A stretch of DNA of 64,000 nt from Proteromonas lacertae (lineage: Eukaryota). Where the stretch lies: the NCBI GenBank assembly GCA_002245135.1, contig NGBS01001184.1, forward strand, positions 1 through 64,000, read 5' to 3'. Shown here piece after piece: positions 13,830 to 25,027 of this stretch. Positions within the stretch are counted from its first letter, which is position 1. Every line of letters begins with the position of its first letter. Both the position numbers and the translations under genes were made by a program. The notes under the pieces are model-generated. The model saw nothing but the letters and a program-made list of their open reading frames with translations, had not been told where the DNA came from and made no database searches.

Positions 13830-15253
13830 TTACATTATCAAATACATCAAAGTTACAACCAATCCTAATAATGTAGGAATAACACCAGCAGCAGCATTTT
13901 CATCAGTTTTATCAACATGAACTTCAGCAATACTTGGTAATGTAGTATTTTTAATATCTTTTGAATTATAAAAGTTAATTGAACCTGGTAATAATGAAAC
14001 TGGTTGAAGAACAGCGTTGTACACTGGTGGAGCGTTGAATACACAAGCTTCATTGAAACCTGCTTTGTATGTATAAGCATCAAAATCAATATCATCTCTC
14101 CAACCATCTTGATCACACAAATTCAAATCATAAAAACCAGCAAACCAATCTGGAGATGTATTTAAATAAGTAACAAAGGTAATTAATGGGAATATTGGTG
14201 TTGCTTTCATTACAAAATCATAATCATCACCACCTTTTAATGTTTTATTTACATACATTATTCTACGAATACCAAATGTATCTTCAATTTCATTTTCTGG
14301 TGTAATTTTTCCATTTTTGAAATATTCAAGAATTGGTTCATATAACATATTTCCTGGTTTGAATATTTGAATAGATGAATTGTGATTGATAATAACAGTT
14401 TTTACAAAATGATTTTCACAAGGTGATGGTGCAAACTTTTCACATGTCCATTCACCATCCCATTTAATCTTATAACTATTTAGAAAATAAAAAATAAAAT
14501 TATACTTTTGATCTTTATCAGTTCTACAATCTGGTTGCTCTCTTAAATTCATTTCAACATAACCAATTTCTTCTAATTTATGATATGGTTTTTTATCACA
14601 GTAATTATGGAATGCATCTGTTGGATCTAAAACATTAATTGGACAAACTTCAGCATTTCCTAACTTATACCATTCTTGAGCATCAAATAAACCAGCATCC
14701 ATTGCAAATAAATTCATATCTAATTCTCTGATATATTCACCAGTTTCATGATTACATAAATCAATATTTGCTGCACCAATAAACCAATCAGGACTATCTT
14801 CAATTCTTGCAACAAATGATAAATATGGTGTTAAATGACTGACATAGAAATCAAGTGAAACATTTCCATTCTTTTGTACAATTGGTAATTTATCATAAAA
14901 TCCAATTATTTGTGTTCCATTGACTACTTTATTATTTGCTATATTATCCATTATTCCTTGAGAATTTCCATTTACTACATAATCGGCAAATAGTTCATTT
15001 GCATAACCACCATTTTGCCATAAAGTGTATTCATTACTGTGACTTATCACAATCATTGAAGCGATGATTCTTTCTTCTGGAACATCTTCAAATACTTCAT
15101 TAGACCAAGTGGCGTGGAATGTAAAGTTATAATAATATGTTCCTATAAAATTAAAGTTAATTTTTAAGAATCTATACCACTTGGACAATCTAATCCTGCC
15201 TGAGAGAAATTAAAGAGGTATAATAATGCGAACAATAATATAATTCCTTTCAT
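13830..15253 (-). CDS. Secreted/GPI-type protein with two Spondin_N domains
   Basis: Signal peptide; two copies of 'Y..TF...W', 'SPDWF.G..LC', 'DAG/KAG' Spondin_N motifs; hydrophobic C-terminus. Confidence 0.8.
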
Positions 15254-15677
15254 AAGTTCGATATGTGTATAGAAGGGATGAAGAAAATATGAAATAAAAA
15301 TATATCCTTTACAAAGCGAAATATCATTTATCATTTGTGTCACTTTTAATCATTCCTAACAATGATATATTGTAAAGAAATTTGGATATAGGATAAAGGA
15401 TTTTTAACACACATTGAATGAAAATTCACGACAAATATTTATGGTTTTACTATCAACTAGTTATATACCTATTTTTATACACATGTATATTAATTACAAC
15501 TCTTTCAAACACAAAGAAGATTTGAATCACAGCAATTAAATAGTCATTACCATATCATCTATATACATCTGATTTATAAAATGCCCTAAGGCAATATTAT
15601 TGAGGGATATAGCGTTATACAACTCAAAAACAACAAAAATATAGTCAAACCTTTTCAAGCCAAAATTTTATAAAAAG

Positions 15678-15939
15678 ATGAATACAGAGTGGAATCATCC
15701 ATTTAGAGCTAATTATATGGATTTGATGCAGCCGAAGAGAGGAGTATATTTCAATATTAAAGTTGAATTACCAGAAAAAGAACTACCTCTAATTAGTCAG
15801 TATAGTTTAGATATTTTTATACGATTAGACGAATTTATGAGAGAAAATATCCTGAAAAATTCAAAAAGCCTGTTATTACTCCTCAACAAGATAGTACTCC
15901 TCAATTAGTGACTGATGAGACAGAAAACACCCCAATATA
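15678..15939 (+). CDS. Small hypothetical protein
   Basis: ATG 15678 just after a TCAAGC motif; the 29-nt intron near 15800 restores the frame to '...RIYERKYPEKFKKP...ENTPI*'. Confidence 0.5.
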
Positions 15940-16059
15940 AATCATAAATAGAAAAATAATTAGTAATTTAATATAATATTCTTTACATTATAAATTGTGT
16001 TATATTCATCCATAAAACATTTACATAATGATATAAATATAAGACATTTTACATTAAAA

Positions 16060-16889
16060 CTACTTTTTCATTTTAGGAATAGACCAATAAATGATATTGA
16101 CATATTTTTGCTTATGACGATGTATCACACCTGTTATTAGACAATTACTTATAGTTTTGCTTTCTTTCACAATAGAACAATATAAATGATTTACAACTGA
16201 ATGATGTGGTATAACTCTCTGTTGATAATTAGTTACAGGCTAAGAAGATTAAAAAAATGAGATTTATATTTATATTTATACACGACCTATTGGAATATTT
16301 CGAAATACCTGTGGCAATGGTGGTGGATCTATAACAGAGTCTTTTGCTGGAATTTCAGTTGTATATTCAGAATCATTATCAACATCTTCATCTTTCTGCT
16401 CTACAGCTTCGTCTAGTGTCAATGGATGGAATCTACGTAGATCTATTACATTATTCATATTGCCTTCTGAGTCTGGTTGATATAGAGAACCTACATCATA
16501 ACTCCACTTCCCATCAACTATAAATTTATATTGTTGGACCGAATTTTTAGGTAAATCTACAATTAAAGTAAAATCTGCACCACTATGATGCATTGGAAGC
16601 TATTAAAAGACTATTTAAAAATAAATACTTTAGCGGACCAATTATTAAAAGTCCCTGCCAAAAATACATTGCTTCCTCCTCCTTGCCAATTAAATACAAC
16701 TGGAACAGTCTCTTCTTGATCTAATAAATTAGGTTTTATAGTATACCTTTAGTAGTTTCTATTTTTTCTGTGCTAGTAATTGGATACATTCTAAAAATGA
16801 GGGATAAAAGAATACTTCTGATCTGAGTTAATTTTGTCTCTGTCATCTAAATTCTTGGGTGTAACATCTTTATTTCCAATATTTCCCAT
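16060..16889 (-). CDS. PRKAB: AMPK/SNF1 beta subunit
   Basis: N-terminal MGN, CBM48 ('VPVVFNWQGGG..VFLAGTFNNW', 'YKFIVDGKW'), C-terminal 'PPPLP..HHSVVNHLY..HRHKQKYV'. Confidence 0.9.
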
Positions 16890-16993
16890 TGAATGGTTTT
16901 ATGTGTGCCAATAATACCCGCAGAAGCGAAAAGATTCAAAAATTCTGTTGTTTGATTCAAGTCAAACTTTTTGCATAAGCAATTTGACATATT

Positions 16994-17001
16994 TTTGGCG
17001 C
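16994..17001 (+). promoter_or_regulatory. E2F-type site TTTGGCGC upstream of RPA2
   Basis: Exact TTTSSCGC consensus ~24 nt before the ATG of a replication gene in very GC-poor DNA. Confidence 0.55.
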
Positions 17002-17024
17002 TAATCTTTTTTCTTTTATAATTA

Positions 17025-17994
17025 ATGAACGCTGGTATATTTGCTTATCTTATTTCATTAATTAGCTGCTTATGAGACTTATGGAGGTGATGAAGGTGAA
17101 GGTGGAGCTGGTTACCTTCCCAATTCAGTAACTAGTCAATCACCAAGTCAAAATAGGAGAGCTGTATGGATTATATAGAATAATATGAATAGTATGATCA
17201 AATTGAACATCCAATGTTCCCTTTAACCATAAGACAAGCTTTAGAATCAACTCATGAAGGAGAGAATGCATTTAAAGTTGATGAAAAGCAAATAGATTTA
17301 GTATTTTTTTATGTGTGTATTTATTTTTTTGTAGATTAGATTATGTGGATATGTTTCTGAAATCACAATACAGTCAGCTTTTAGTGTATACAGAATAGAT
17401 GATGGAACAGGTACAATCCATGCAAGATGGACAGCTGATGACAATACTTTCAAACAACAAATGAAAGATGAAATAAGAGAAGGAACATACATCAGAGTTT
17501 TAGGTTATTTAAGATCGAATAAAGGATCAACTCATGTTCTAGCAGTAGATATTCGTCCAATAAAAGACTTCAATCAATACACTCATCATTTTCTAGAAGT
17601 AATTGCAACTCATTTGTACAATACAAAAGGATTAAATAATAGTTCATTTGTTTCACCATCTTCAGTAACAAATCCACAGCAACAACAACAACAGTCATCT
17701 AATATATATGACCATGGTATGACATCAATGGCATTACCTCCTGCTAGACAACCGCAACAACAAATGCCAATCAATATGGGAATTGATTCAGGTATGACTG
17801 ATATACAGAAGAATGTGATTAATTTATATACCCAAATGGATTGTGATGATGGTGTTAATCAAGATATAGTGATTAATATATTGCAAAAAGAAGGATTTAA
17901 TGATATTGATGTTAGACAAGCTATCGCATTTTTGATTGATGAAGGACATTTGTATAATACAAGTGATGATTTCCATCAAAGAATTACAGGATAA
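17025..17994 (+). CDS. RPA2: Replication protein A 32-kDa subunit
   Basis: OB fold ('YRIDDGTG', 'YIRVLGYLR', 'IRPIKDFNQYTHHFLEVI') and C-terminal winged helix ('FLIDEGHLYNTSDDFH'). Confidence 0.92.
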
Positions 17995-18142
17995 AGAAGC
18001 TGATTAGCTAATTATGAAAATTAATATATTTAAAAATACTAAAACTGTATTTTATTATTGTTATTGTTTTATTTACACAACATTATATAAATAATAGTTT
18101 AATAAATGTACATACCAAATGGCGAATTAACACAAATTATTA

Positions 18143-19812
18143 TTATTCATTTCTTGGTTGTTCATCTTCATCAAAAAATCTGGAATATTCCTTCTTATGT
18201 CCATTCATCTCTCTAGCAACCAATAAAACCTTTGTAACATCCGTTAAATTGTAATCACTTATGTGAATTGGACATTTTTCCTTCAAAGCTTCAGATGCAT
18301 AATCGACACATATTGCCACATCTACGCAATCAATTAGTGGAAGATCTCTATCAGAAACAGTTAATAAACCAATCTTCTTACCCATTAATCTCAAATGTTT
18401 AATCAATTTCAATTTATAAGTTGGAGTACAAGATGTTAAAACAATCTATTTAAAATAATAATAATATATATACATCAGAATATAGTAAGACACTATCCCA
18501 ATAACTATCTTCAAAGTTACTAGGTAATGAATAAACTAATGATTTAATTCTAGCAGGATCTTTATATAAAGGGTGAGAAGGTGCATAACTATTCTCTTCA
18601 TTATATAAAATGCAATCAATAGAAGTATCGTCTGTCAAAGTTCCACTGTATTTACCAATGTTATAACCATAAAATAAATTCCAAGGAGTACAAACAATTG
18701 GTACAATTTCTGGCTTTTCTAAACATTTCATTATTGTAATCATTGGATTAGAATCTTCTTTTCGAGGTAGTGTTAGAGTTACAAATCCAATAAAGATGAG
18801 TTTGTTGTAGACTAAATTACAATCAACTTCAACTATTTACGTATAAATATAAACATAAATATATTATATTATATACGATAACCTGATAATGGTTTATCAT
18901 CATCTTCAGCTGTAAATCCAATCGGGAAGTTTATACAATCACTACTAAATTGATAATTCTCATCACATTCATCTAATCGATAATCTGCAAAGGCTCTGAT
19001 AATACATCCTGTTTCTATTTGTATTTTCCTTGTTAAGTTAATTAAGAATTGAATTCCTATTATTATTATTATTATTATTATAAAAACATGAAAATAAAAT
19101 AATAATCATATAAAATACTATCTTTACTCAACATAATCACTTTTCCATCTTTATAACAGTGATCACATCTTTTTAATACACATTCAATAGATCCAGTGAA
19201 ATATTCATGGAAATGACCATCTAATGCTTGATATATCCTGAACTGACCATCTTCATGAGGGAAATAATATGTCAACATTGGATAATATTCTTGTCTTATA
19301 GTATCAACATCTCTGAATTTCTGGACAAATTTTAATAAACAACTATCCATCCCTCTTCCCATAGCAGTCCAGTTCATTTCGAAATGTGGATGACCTTTCT
19401 TATCTACATACAAATATGCATTTTGTGGATCTACTCTAGATTCTTCTATCCATCTATTAACATAAATAATTAAAATATCTATTAATACACAGCATCATTA
19501 CACAGACACATAGGAACCAGTAGATTATCTAGCCTATATGCTTTATAAAACGATAATTATACGTTTCACTTAGTTCTAGATCATGTGGCGACACACCGTC
19601 AACATCAAACGCTCTGCCATCAAATATTAGTTTTTCAACCTTTATAATAGATAGTCAAAAAAAGATACAGTATAATCACCTTGAGTGATCCATGGTTGAG
19701 CATCTAATATTAGATATTCAATACCTTCAAGAGACTGAAGGCATTGAGTGTTTGATACAGCTATTCCATAGTCATATAATTTTGACATAATAGTAGAATG
19801 AGATTCACCCAT
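18143..19812 (-). CDS. Degenerate P-type ATPase-like protein (N and P domains only)
   Basis: Spliced exons align by eye to the P2-ATPase cytoplasmic loop (LCNDA; G..MDSCLLKF; TPTYKLKLIKHLR; DVAI...ASEALKE) but catalytic motifs are altered and no TM helices are present. Confidence 0.7.
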
Positions 19813-20008
19813 CTTCAACAGAAGATTGAGAGATGTCTAAAAATATATAGATTTATATTTATTTATGTATAGCAGATGAATATATAAGTATTATTAAACT
19901 TTAAAGAAACTACATTTCAGCAATGAAACCAATAAACAAGGTGAAACAGAATTAATTAATCTAAAAAATTACTTTATCATCTTAATAAGTATTATAAAAT
20001 ATCAACAC

Positions 20009-20846
20009 TTAAATCTTCACATCTGATGGTGGTTTGAATTTTTCTTTCATACTCTGTTCATACTATTAAAAAAACAAATTAAATAAATATTATAATATAC
20101 CATCACTTTTCTTATTGCTGCTTGTGTATCTTTATCATAAGTATTAATTGGTCTTTCAGAATCAACTTTTGTCAAATCAATTTCACTATCTCCCTTAAAC
20201 ACGCTTCCCCACCATGTGGTTTTTGATTTTTTAATTTCCATTATTAATATTCCTTCTTCTTTATCTACAGACCAAGTTATGTCATCTATTTTTACAGATT
20301 CACACCAATCTTTATCAATTATTGTTGTTCCTATTTTCAAGAATAAATGTTTGGTAGTTGGTTTATAAATTATATCTTTAGTGTTTATATTATTTGACAG
20401 TAAGAAAAAATTGATTGTAATATCTTCAATTGTTTGAGTCCAAGTATATTCATGTGTTACACCTCCATTCCCAACTGGAATTTGCTTTCCTTCTGAGTTG
20501 TATTGTATTTTAGGTAATTTAGGAGTTGTTGATTTAGTTGGAACAGAAGGAGGAGTAGATTTTGGAATTGAATTTGTTGTATTTTCTGAATTGGAAGTTT
20601 CTTTTTTTGTATATTTGTAAGGATAAGAATGAAATGCTTTTAATACCATCTTTTCAGCCATTCCTTCAGGAAATCCCATTTTATTCTGATCTGGAGTCAT
20701 TACATGATATAAATCAGTTTTAGCTGCTAATATCCTTTAGTCAATATATTTAAATGTCTATACCCAAAGAAATCCTTCATAATCCCTTCTAAACTATGAT
20801 TTTTTTCGGCAATAGCACAGAAAAGCTCATTCATAACTGGATCCAT
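20009..20846 (-). CDS. NUDC: NudC family protein
   Basis: NudC N-domain plus 'GNGG...YTWTQT' CS domain, 'WWGSVFKGDSEIDLTKV', 'TQAAIRKVMYEQ'. Confidence 0.88.
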
Positions 20847-20979
20847 AATGTAATAAATGTGATAATGTCTAGGTAACTATGTAAATAGAAAAATAAAAAT
20901 CAATCGAATCAAGCCAAGCCAAACATAGTGGGCTTGCTTGAACAAACCAATCATTTGTTTTATTTGCATTGATTACATT

Positions 20980-21425
20980 ATGGTATTTGATAAGCTTTCT
21001 GAAGATCAAAAAGAACACTTAATTGCTTCTTTAAGTGTTGCTCTCCTTCATGACTGTGGAGCTAAAGTTACTCCAGATAATATTCACAAAGTAAGTTTTT
21101 ATATATTAATAATCTAATAATTAGGTAATTAAAGAAACAGGATGTGAAACTAAACCATATTGGCCAATGTTATTCGGAAACAATTTAGGTGGTGAAGATA
21201 TTGATGAAATGATCTTATCAAACGTTGGTGGAGGTGCTGTAAGTGTTGCTACAGTTGCAGGTGCTGCTGCCGGAGAAGCTGCAGGTGAAGCTGGTATTTA
21301 TTAATATAAATTCGTAATGTTTTATCTGTATAGCCGATAAAAAAGAAGATAAAAAGAAGGAAGAAGAAGAGGAAGAAGAAACTGGAAATGTTGGTGGATT
21401 ATTCGGAGATGATGAAGACTGGTAA
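20980..21425 (+). CDS. RPLP1: 60S acidic ribosomal protein P1
   Basis: 'LSVALLHDCGAKVTPDNIHKVIKETG...YWPMLF', Ala/Gly hinge, acidic tail 'EEEEE..GGLFGDDEDW'; two introns. Confidence 0.9.
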
Positions 21426-21603
21426 ACTAAATACACGAAATAAACAGTGTAATCTTTGCAGCTATTACTTTATTTTTGTTTGTAAATCATTATAAAATGT
21501 TAAATAATGAGTGATTATTCATAATTAAAGAAATAAAAATATGAGGTTTGAGTTCTCAAGTTAGGAGGAAGAGATTTAAATTAAAAAGTGAAAATAGAGG
21601 GGA

Positions 21604-22593
21604 ATGATAAAAGCTATACGTATAAAACATTTAAATAACCAGACTTTGGTCGAAGAGCATGATAAAGTGAAGGAATTTATTGGAAACAGCTTGTATTTTT
21701 TGTAATCTAAGTCATAGTCCTGATTTAATATACGCATTTTGTTCAGAAAATACAGAAAAAGATGAATTATGTATTTTATTGGATCGTGATACAGAAGAAG
21801 ATGAATTAAAAGTTCTATACAAAGGTTTATCAGAATTATATGATGAACCGGTTGAGTGCATAGAAGAAGTATTTGTTGTACCAAATAAATGTATTTTTGT
21901 GAGATTAATCATAATTAGGTGATATTTATGCACATTTAATATTTCTTGCAGAAAGAGTATTGGACATAGATTATTTTATATTTATTAGTCACAAGAACTA
22001 AATAATCCATCTACTCGTTTAGAAAATGCAGATTCTGTCCCTCCTCTTTTAAATGAAAGCATATTACCACTAGAATCAGCAGAAGAAGATAGAGAAGACG
22101 ATGAAGAAGGAGAAAGAGAAGAAGGAGATGATAGTGATGAAGAGAAAAAAGAAAAACCAAAGAGGAGAATTACACCCAGAAAATCATCATCATCATCTAC
22201 ACCTAAAGAAAAGAAGACAAAACCAACACCATCACCCCAAAAACATTATTCACTTAGAAAATTGATAAAACCAACAGAAAAAGTAAAACCTAGTAATAAA
22301 CGTAAATCTATACCAACAGCACAAAAACCAAGGAAGAGTATATATATATATATATTTATATATTTACATCGTATTAGGGGTAAGAGAAACTGATAGTTAT
22401 GAAGTTGAGAAGATCTTAGGTAAAAGAACAATAAGGAATGTAACAGAATATTTAGTACAATGGAGAGGTTATCCTGGTCAAGATACATGGGAGAAATACT
22501 CCGTATATTTGTTAATTTGTTATAATTATTGAATAGAATTTTGATACAAAAGAAATCATTGAAGAATATGAAAAAGCTCATCCTAATGCATAA
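21604..22593 (+). CDS. Protein with C-terminal chromodomain
   Basis: 'YEVEKILGKR...EYLVQWRGYPGQDTWE' chromodomain after acidic and basic low-complexity segments; four introns. Confidence 0.8.
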
Positions 22594-22692
22594 TTATAAC
22601 ATATCACAAAGTGACTTTTTTAAAAATATTATGTAATTTGAATATTGAGTTTGAAAAAATACAAAAACAAAAATAATACTTTTTAATATAAA

Positions 22693-23093
22693 TCAGTGGG
22701 TATGGGGCTTACGTTTATAACGAAGACCACAATAAAGACAAGTTACTGGTGCATTTTGCGAATTTTGAACTCTTAGATATTGTACTGGATGACCTAAATC
22801 ATCTCCTCTTCCTAAAAATATTAATAATTCTTTGTATACTTGATCCTGTACAGACTGCAATATCATCATCAACTTCAATTATAGGTACTTTAGCAATTAA
22901 TTCTTCAGCATTGCTCTTATGAAGATTATTACCTTCCTATACGATATAAAAAGATTAATAGTACTTGCTTAATCTTATAAGCTGGATGGTTTTCATAAGC
23001 AGTATAAAATCTTACAGTAGGTGTCATCATTTTTGGTACGGATTTTGTTAAAAGAACTGAAGTTCTACAGGCAAATTTAGCCACAGAATTCAT
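22693..23093 (-). CDS. NDUFS6: Complex I 13-kDa Zn-finger subunit
   Basis: Presequence, 'ELIAKVPIIEV...AVC.G..LGHPVQY...CLYCGLRY'. Confidence 0.92.
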
Positions 23094-23249
23094 CAGATTT
23101 CAAAAAATAAATAAAACAATCAAGCTTATTTAAAAAGGTTTGAGGTTGCCTATTTCGCTCATTATTAATATTTGCATCATTTTTATTATACATGTGTTAT
23201 ATAAACTCATGAAACATTCAATATATAGAAAAATTTTAGAATATATATA

Positions 23250-23581
23250 TTATTCTTCTGTAATTGATTGTCCTGCAATTTGCCTATACATTATAAACTA
23301 AATAGAGGATATACATTGCATCTACATATCTATCAATAACGTTCTCTACACAACTTTTTTGATTTGAGTTCAGAGTTTTAGTTGGCACTTTAACACACAT
23401 GTCAAATGCTAAATCGATCATTTTTACTTGATATTGCTAAGAGAACAATAAAGAAAAAAAAGAATACAGCTATTTCAGTTGCATAACTAATCATAATCGC
23501 ATCTGGAGCTTTTTGTTGTCTATAAAGACGATATAAACAAAATTAAAAATACTTTGGCATATTATTTGCTGAGTAAGACAT
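23250..23581 (-). CDS. Small Tim chaperone (Tim8/Tim13-like)
   Basis: Four exons splice to MSYSANNMPKQQKAPDAIMISYATEIAQYQVKMIDLAFDMCVKVPTKTLNSNQKSCVENVIDRYVDAMQIAGQSITEE*; absent from the ORF track. Confidence 0.8.
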
Positions 23582-23750
23582 GTTTTATGAAAATGATAAA
23601 AAATATATTCGTTTCAATTATTCATAATTTTTCTTTTTTCTTCACTTAGTATGAGCTGTGCAATTTCAAAATATATGTATCATTACATTAAAACCAATAA
23701 CAAACATACTTATAAAGAATAATAATAAAAATATTAAGTTGAAATTGATT

Positions 23751-24407
23751 TTAATCCATTCTTGTCTTTAATTCCCTAGTAACTATTTGAGTGGGTGTAA
23801 CAATATGAACCACAGCTCCCCAACCACTCAATGCATCACGATCTATACCTGCTAATAGAGCTTGTGATGTTGCTTGGAATAAATCTTCTGGAGACATATC
23901 TGGTTTATAAAAAGCTTCACATGCACCTATTATAGTACTTTCACCTGTTCCAGCTGCTGCAAATGGACAGTTTTGTTGATCTGCACCAATAAAATCACTT
24001 GTATTAATGTAAGGGTTATTGTCCTATAAATATTTCATAAGATAATATTTAAGATATACTTTATCTAAACCTGCAATAATTGGCTGAATGAAGTAAGGTC
24101 CCCATCTTTTCTGATATAAAAGGTTGCATACCAAATGATTGAAAACTTCTGGGCTCATGTTTCTATTTTCTCTTAGTTTATATAATTGATGGTGAAAAAC
24201 TAGAGTTTCATGTAAAGTATCAACATCTGTAACTAAGCCGCTTAATCCAATGAATAACTTTGGATTTATTTTGAAGACTCTCTGCATGTGCATATCTTGT
24301 GTAGTGAGACGAGTTGAAAAACGTCGATCACTTCCTATACATACGCAATTTTTGCCAGCCATTGCAATTATGGACGAGCCATTATATTCAGTAATATTGT
24401 CACCCAT
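23751..24407 (-). CDS. PSMB3: Proteasome subunit beta type-3
   Basis: 'YNGSSIIAMAGKNCV..SDRR', 'GLSGLVTDV', 'DRDALSGWGAVV', ends 'RMD*'. Confidence 0.95.
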
Positions 24408-24513
24408 TATTATATTGATATTACGAGGAAGAAAAAAAAGAATAAAAAATGAATTGTAGGGTTCAAGCTTATTTTCTATTTGGCTTGATCATTATTTTGT
24501 CATTTTTGTGAAA

Positions 24514-24905
24514 ATGGAAGAACCTATTGAGGGAGACAGTGATATTGTATGATATTATGCTCTTTTATGTCTTTATCTAGCCAATAATAACAAATGATAT
24601 ATCACAGACTTTTGTTTTCAAAAATGAAGATCACACTTTAGGAAATTCATTACGTTGTGTGTTAATGAAAAAGTACAATTATACTATTAAGAGTGTTATT
24701 TATATTCTATAGTCCAGATGTTTCTTTTTGTGGTTATAGTATTCCTCATCCATTCGATCATTTGGTGAATTTGAGATTGCAGACCAATGGCAAACCAGCA
24801 AATGAAGTTTTAAGAGATGGTTTGCATGATTTGAAATCAATTTGTGAAATAATGAAAGACAAATACAAACAAGCTCAAAAAGATTACATATCCCCCAAAA
24901 AATAA
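24514..24905 (+). CDS. POLR1D: RNA polymerase I/III shared subunit AC19
   Basis: 'EDHTLGNSLR..LMKNPDVSFCGYSIPHP...NLRLQT'; two introns. Confidence 0.9.
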
Positions 24906-25027
24906 TATACAAAATTATAATCAAATATAGAGAGCTTTTATTTTTCTTTTTTTTTTTAATTAATAAAATTATATATTTATATAATAAGTTGTGTGTTGTA
25001 TAATTCTTATTTTCTTTCTTTCTCTCT

